Assembly: GCA_951406725.2 (NCBI GenBank)
Contig: OX597834.1
Location: forward strand, 45,012,001-45,076,000
Direction of reading: 5' to 3'
Source of the DNA: Octopus vulgaris
Taxonomy: Eukaryota
Length of the DNA stretch: 64,000 nt
A program made the position numbers and the translations under genes. The notes beneath the pieces were generated by a model. That model saw nothing but the letters and a program-made list of their open reading frames with translations. It was not told where the DNA came from and did not search any database. Position 1 is the first letter of the stretch; each line of letters begins with the position of its first letter. This document shows, in pieces, positions 57,887 to 64,000 of this stretch.

Positions 57887-58150
57887 TACGTATATACATA
57901 TATCTCATGCGTTGTATAACATACGTTCTTCAGCATATATACGTATTTGTATGAAGCATGCATGCGTATATTGTGGGATGTAAATTTCGAACTTTTCAAA
58001 CGAGCAAAGTCATTTATAACATCCGATATACAAAGATATACATAAATTGAATAGATAATAAAGAATAATAAAAAAAAAACATCAATAAATATGTGAAAAC
58101 CGACTGCAAAATCAATATGCACAAGTACACACACACACACACACATACAC

Positions 58151-58232
<82 letters not shown>

Positions 58233-58664
58233 GTATGTATGTATGTATTATATGATGTATGTATCTATTTTCGTACACGTGTATGTGTATATCGTTAATA
58301 AAGACTGCATCTATGCTTTTACAGAGGGAAGCTGATTCATACGAATGCAAAGAACTCGGAATAAATATGGTAAACATTGGAATGGACTCTATGGTAATTA
58401 CCAAGCCGATATTGTTTTGTTCAGTTCAAAGATACGAACATAGAAGCAGTTTTATAGAATACGTAGTTCATTCGCCAGAGGTAATTATATGTATATACGC
58501 GATGAATATGTGGTGAATATGTTTGTATGTATGTATGTATGTATATATGTATGTATGTATGTATGAACGTATGAATTATGTAGACAACTGCATATGTATT
58601 CATGTATATATGTCTGCATGTAGGTATGTATTAATATGTGTGTGTTGTTATGTAAGCATGGAAC

Positions 58665-58712
<48 letters not shown>

Positions 58713-59102
58713 TACGCGTACTTTCCATATGTATGTATGCATGTATATATATATATATATATATGTACTTATATGCCGGTATATAAACAGGTGTGTGCCT
58801 GCGCAAGTGTGTAATTTTGTATAGTACATATCTATATCAATTTCCAGGTGTGTTTAAATGTGACTTAACTCTTTCTTTTTCTATAGATTATCCTCACTCA
58901 CGCATATTACTACATATAGAAGCATTCGTACACGCATACATAGATGCTCATAAACACACAGACCCATATATATATATATATATTCCAGCGCACACATCTA
59001 TATGACTGTGGATACGACTATTTATATCTATGCTTCGCTTTCATTTATAATTCTCACTCATCACATAAAACATATCGATGTTTTAATATTCGTATAACGT
59101 AT

Positions 59103-59520
59103 TAGGCAGCGAGTATGTAGAATAGTTATCGTTCAGAATAACAATGCTTATCGGCATTTCTTCCGATTTTACATTCTGTGTTCAAATCCCGCCGAGGTCT
59201 GCTTTGACTTTCGCCCTCTTGGGGGACGATAAAATAAGTACCAAGATCAATGGGCGTCATTGTAAATCACTTAATCCTCACCCCTGATCTTGCTGGTTGT
59301 GCCAGAATTGGAAAAGAATATTTATATCACGGTTTATGCGTAGAGCAGGTAGAATCGTTAGCACACCGGAAAAATGTTTCAAGGCATTTCTTCCGCCTAG
59401 AGGTAGTGTTTTCAAATTCCACCGATCTGGATAAAATAAGTACCAGTTGAGTACTGGAGTCGATATAATCGACTTGCACATATGTATGTCCACAATTTGT
59501 ATGTCCCTTTGCCAAAATAT
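59103..59520 (+). mobile_element. Two adjacent old SINE family A copies
   Basis: GTTCAAATCCCGCCGAGGTC (~59180) and TTCAAATTCCACCGA...ATAAGTACCAGTTGAG (~59410). Confidence 0.7.
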
Positions 59521-59559
59521 TCGATCAATATTTATATTCCATATATTCAATATTATATA

Positions 59560-59703
59560 GGCGTACGGGTGGCTGTGTGGTAAGTAACTTGCTTACGAAC
59601 TACATGGTTCCGTGATCAGTCCCACTGCGTGGCAAGTGTCTTCTACTATAGCCTCGGGCCAACCAAAGCCTTGTGAGTCGACGGAAACTCAAATAAACCC
59701 GTC

Positions 59704-59747
<44 letters not shown>

Positions 59748-60031
59748 GTGTATATGCGTGTTTGTGTTTGTGTGTATGTGTTTGTCCCCCTATATTTATG
59801 CGTGTGTATATGTTTGTATACCTATGTTTGTACTCCCAACGTCGCTTGTTACGGGGACGAAAACATGGTGGTGTGTTTACGCCCCCATAACTTAGCGGTT
59901 CGGCAAAAGAGGCCGATAGAATAAGTACTAGGCATACAAAGAATAAGTCTTGGGGTAGATTTGCTCGACTAAAGGCAGGGCTCCATCATGGCCACACTCA
60001 AATGACTGAAACAAGTAAAAGAGTAAAAGAG
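59560..60031 (+). mobile_element. SINE family B, full length with internal (TA)n/(TG)n
   Basis: GGTGGCTGTGTGGTAAGTAAC head, GGCAAGTGTCTTCTACTATAGCCTCGGGC CORE-like block, tail GAAACAAGTAAAAGAGTAAAAGAG. Confidence 0.9.
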
Positions 60032-60643
60032 TATATATGTACGTATAATATATATATATGTGTGCGTGTGTGTGTATGTATATATATATACATGTATGTA
60101 TGTATGCATGTATTTATAAAGGGAGGGGAGAGATACATAGAGAAAGAGAGAGTGAGACAGCATTTTGATTGATCGAGTCCTTGGTTGATTGGTTGATTGA
60201 GATATCGTTTCATTACTTAAACGTTGGAAGATTGTAACAAAGGAGAGATAATCGCCGTAGAATAACGCGTTAACACAAAAATTTATATTGATGCATTAAA
60301 ATAATTCCAACAGCGAAATGAAAGAAGAGCATAAATTTATTGTTGACAGATAACGCGAAAGTACACTGAGAATGTTAATGCGTGGGTAATGAGACAGAAT
60401 GGACGGGCACAGTGTTCTAGAAATACAGGAATCTGTAGCAAGAACTGCAACCAACGAACCATTGAAATCTCTATTGTGCTTTCTCTACCACTACGTGATA
60501 AATGAGAACCAAACATCTATTTTCGCTCTCGTTCGACACAAACAAATTAAACTTCATGCATTTCTGTATTTATGTGGCTTTTATTTCTACCATTTCTTTT
60601 ATTCTTTGGTATATTATGTATATACTCACATACATACATATAT

Positions 60644-60683
<40 letters not shown>

Positions 60684-61088
60684 TTATGCGTATATATGTC
60701 TCTATACGTATGGATGTGTTCGTGCCTCGTACAACGATTAAAAAACAAAAAAATATAGATACTATATTAATTATATATTACCTGTTCTGTTACCATTAGT
60801 TTTGATACGCGTTTCATTGGACCCTTTCAGATACTAATGGCTAATGATTTTGCCTAGCAAACCCTAAGGTTTCTGGTCAAAACACAAAGAACTAAAGCAT
60901 TAAAGGAATGCACACATACGTAAATATACACATGTATATATGTATATAAATATGTATACACTAATATATGTATTCATATATGCATGTACTCCCTATATAT
61001 AATTATTTATACATTCAGCACACACATAATCGCACACAACAAAAAATCAAAATGACTGAATATAACTACATAACCTTCCTATACATAA

Positions 61089-61320
61089 TGGCGGCGTATG
61101 GCTTAGTGGTTAGGACGTTGAACTCATTATCGTAAGAATCTGGTTTCGATTCCTGGACCGGACGACGTGTTGTGATGTTGAGGAAAACGCATAATTTCAC
61201 GTGGCTCCAGTTCGTTCAGTGGGCAAACGTGAGTAAACGTGCAACGCATCGGCGTCCTATCCAGGTGGGAAATACATACGAGACGAAACTGGGAAACCGG
61301 CCTTGGTGAGTCGGTATCAC
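61089..61320 (+). mobile_element. SINE family C copy
   Basis: TGGCTTAGTGGTTAGG...GGTTTCGATTCCTGGACCGG...GGCGTCCTATCCAGGTGGG...GAAACTGGGAAACCGG. Confidence 0.78.
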
Positions 61321-62238
61321 GCGAACAGGTAACTTCACCTTTATCTTTAGCTATACATCGCTGCAAAGGAATTTTCATTGTACAGAGAAGAAGCAACAGC
61401 AGTGGTTATCGAAATATTCCTAAACGTATAATCTATTAATTTGAATGATTTTAACTATAACTGAGGTGTGAAACACGGTAGCTTTCTAGGGACACAAAAT
61501 GGCCAACATTGAAGTAACTTATTATAAAGATCACCATTTGCCATGAATGACCATGGGATTGCACCTAGAAATTTACCCACGGAGGCACAAGTCCGGGCAA
61601 GTTTGTTAATTGAAGAGCAGCAGTTGACCATGCATACCATGATACGTGTGTATGTATGTGGATGTGTCTGTGAGTGTGTGCGTGTGCAAACGATTACGTA
61701 CGTATGTGTATATAAATGTATCTCCGCGTGTATGTATTTGTGGTCTTTTGTATATATGTGTGAGTGTGTGAGTGTGTGAGTTTGTTGATGTGTACTAGGG
61801 CGGAGGCGTGATTGCGTGTATGAAACCAATATGTTTGCGCCACTGTGTGAGCATAGCAGTGCGTGTGTATGTGTAGGTGAGTACATATATGCGTGTGTAT
61901 GCGCCAATGCGTCCTTGTCTACTCGGCGTCTGTGTGTGAGGTGGTGCACGTTAGTGTGGACAGTTTTGTTTCAGCGTTTCTTGTGCGAACACAGGCATGT
62001 AAATAGGACAAACAAAATAATAGTCGAATCAAAGATGGAGGAATCAAACATATATGTTAAATAGGATATTTATAGGTAATCACGGCTGTCTGAGGATCGG
62101 TAACTTGAAACTCTGAAAAATAAACTATGAAATCTTTTCACATTTTATTTATAATGTGAAATATTGAATATACAAATTGCTTGGTTACATACTAATACTC
62201 TTACATCATGTATACGTATATTATATACACCTACATAC

Positions 62239-62375
62239 AAGGCGGCGTGGTAGCAGAATCGTTAGCAACCCCGGGCAAAATGCTTAGGAGCATTTCATCT
62301 ACTGTTACGTTCTGAGTTGAAATTCCACCGAGGTCGACTTTTGCCATTCATTCTTTCGAAGTCGAGAAATATATT
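62239..62375 (+). mobile_element. SINE family A, 3'-truncated
   Basis: AAGGCGGCGTGGTAGCAGAATCGTTAGC...GAGTTGAAATTCCACCGAGGTCGAC. Confidence 0.8.
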
Positions 62376-62396
62376 GGGGAGATGGTAATTAACCAA

Positions 62397-62476
62397 GTGG
62401 GGGGGGGGGTTAATTGTCCTGGGGTTCGTTGCCGTCGGGGGAATTGTCCCATGGGGGGGGGGGGTAATTGTCCTGA
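62397..62476 (+). repeat. G-rich short tandem motif (Gn)(T)AATTGTCC x3
   Basis: AATTGTCC occurs three times, each preceded by a G-run. Confidence 0.7.
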
Positions 62477-63488
62477 AACATTTTATGGTGTATGTTTTTT
62501 TGTATTTTGTCCTGTAATTGTCTCTCGTGTGTTTACGTATTTTCAATCGTTAGTGTTGTCCTTTACTTAATATATATAGTTTTATGTATATATATCTAAT
62601 TCTATATTTACATGTTTAATTATATCAGAGGAAATCATATGTATGTACATATACATACATTTTCATATAACGTATGTTATATAAATAAACATTGAATATT
62701 GAATCATAAAATATATATGTATGTATATCTGTGTGTATGTATGCTATTCATTTATAAGGCTATACAAACGACATAAATATATATTTAAATATATATATGT
62801 GCATATATAGAAGCATATATATATATATATATATATCTGTAGGTGCACGCGCGAGTGTGTGTGCATGTGTATTGTGCATGGATGAATTAGTTTATAATAA
62901 ATTATTCATTTCTGTTCCTCTGAAATACAAGATATGGTATCTTAAGTGAATCTAACTTCAAGTATCACGCAGGTGATAATGGGATAAAAATGGAAGAAAT
63001 AAAGGAATTACTGCTGTAGGCGACACGAAACGAGGCAGATAAAATTTCATTGTGATAATGTTCTGTGACAAATGAAAGGTCGAAATACCACAAGGATATG
63101 TTGGTTTTCCACTTGCTCACGTGAGGTATGATAATAGGAATTCGCGTTATCACAAAAAGGATTTTTTCATGGATTATCAATAGAATGGAAGTCCCATGGT
63201 TCAGGTGGAACTGACAGCGAATCAGCTTTTGTAATATATAGTAAACCTAGGTTTTGACTGAGGCATTTTTGACGAAATATCATGTCCTGGAGTGATAATT
63301 TGCTTTATTATCAATTTATAGAGGAAAATAACATTTGGCTCTCTATTTTAGAATTTTTTTTATATATACAACTATGTGTATACGTACATATATACACATA
63401 CATATGCATTTATGCTTGTATTTCCCTGTATATACATATCAATCTAAATATCTAAATACATACATGACCATATGTATATATATACATA

Positions 63489-63537
<49 letters not shown>

Positions 63538-63636
63538 GTGTATATATAAACATATACATATATATATATACATGTATATATGTATATATATATATCTGTT
63601 TACATATACATGTATACGTAAATGTATATGTACATG

Positions 63637-63674
<38 letters not shown>

Positions 63675-63752
63675 TATGTATATAAATATATATATATATA
63701 TACATATGTGTGTACATATAAATACTTATATACATATATATGTATGTGTACA

Positions 63753-63827
<75 letters not shown>

Positions 63828-64000
63828 GCATATCCACTCAAGGTAGCATACACTTTTATGTTGCACATTTCGAGGCTGCTTCCTTGTTCAACATTTATAC
63901 CGTGTATTCCCGTTATACAGATGGGCAAAAGAGGAAAACCTGGTGTATTAAGGTATCTGGTTTCTCGGGTGTTTTATGATATAGATGAAGACATAAATTC

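Noticed and set aside
58360-58445. Peptide KYGKHWNGLYGNYQADIV resembling the iGluR S1 motif
   Set aside because: The frame is closed by stops on both sides within ~35 codons and is out of phase with the splice sites.
62085-62125. CTGAGGA...GAAAC motif (similar weak motifs at ~32450, ~32612 and ~60810 minus)
   Set aside because: No convincing stems I, II and III.

Overview
AT-rich eukaryotic genomic DNA that looks intronic or intergenic, most likely from a coleoid cephalopod (Octopus-like), judged from the SINE families and the extreme microsatellite load. I could not confidently identify an intact protein-coding gene. Almost all ORFs in the track come from (TA)n, (TG)n, (TACA)n and trinucleotide repeats. 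The window holds three tRNA-derived SINE families, decayed LINEs (Dong/R4, RTE, CR1-like), a Penelope-like RT fragment, and DNA transposon relics (one full-length DD34D mariner, mariner fragments, a Chapaev3-like 3' end, a non-autonomous Helitron, a MITE). Most interesting: (1) a near-canonical type I hammerhead ribozyme at 34599-34684 in a ~340-bp island between microsatellites; (2) a decayed, circularly permuted hammerhead directly upstream of the Penelope RT; (3) a ~125-bp near-perfect inverted repeat whose three mismatches are all G-U compatible; (4) SINE concatemers with a recurring tail-to-internal junction; (5) an ancient ~46-bp satellite in opposite orientations; (6) several candidate minus-strand exons. 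All family assignments are by eye, without database searches.
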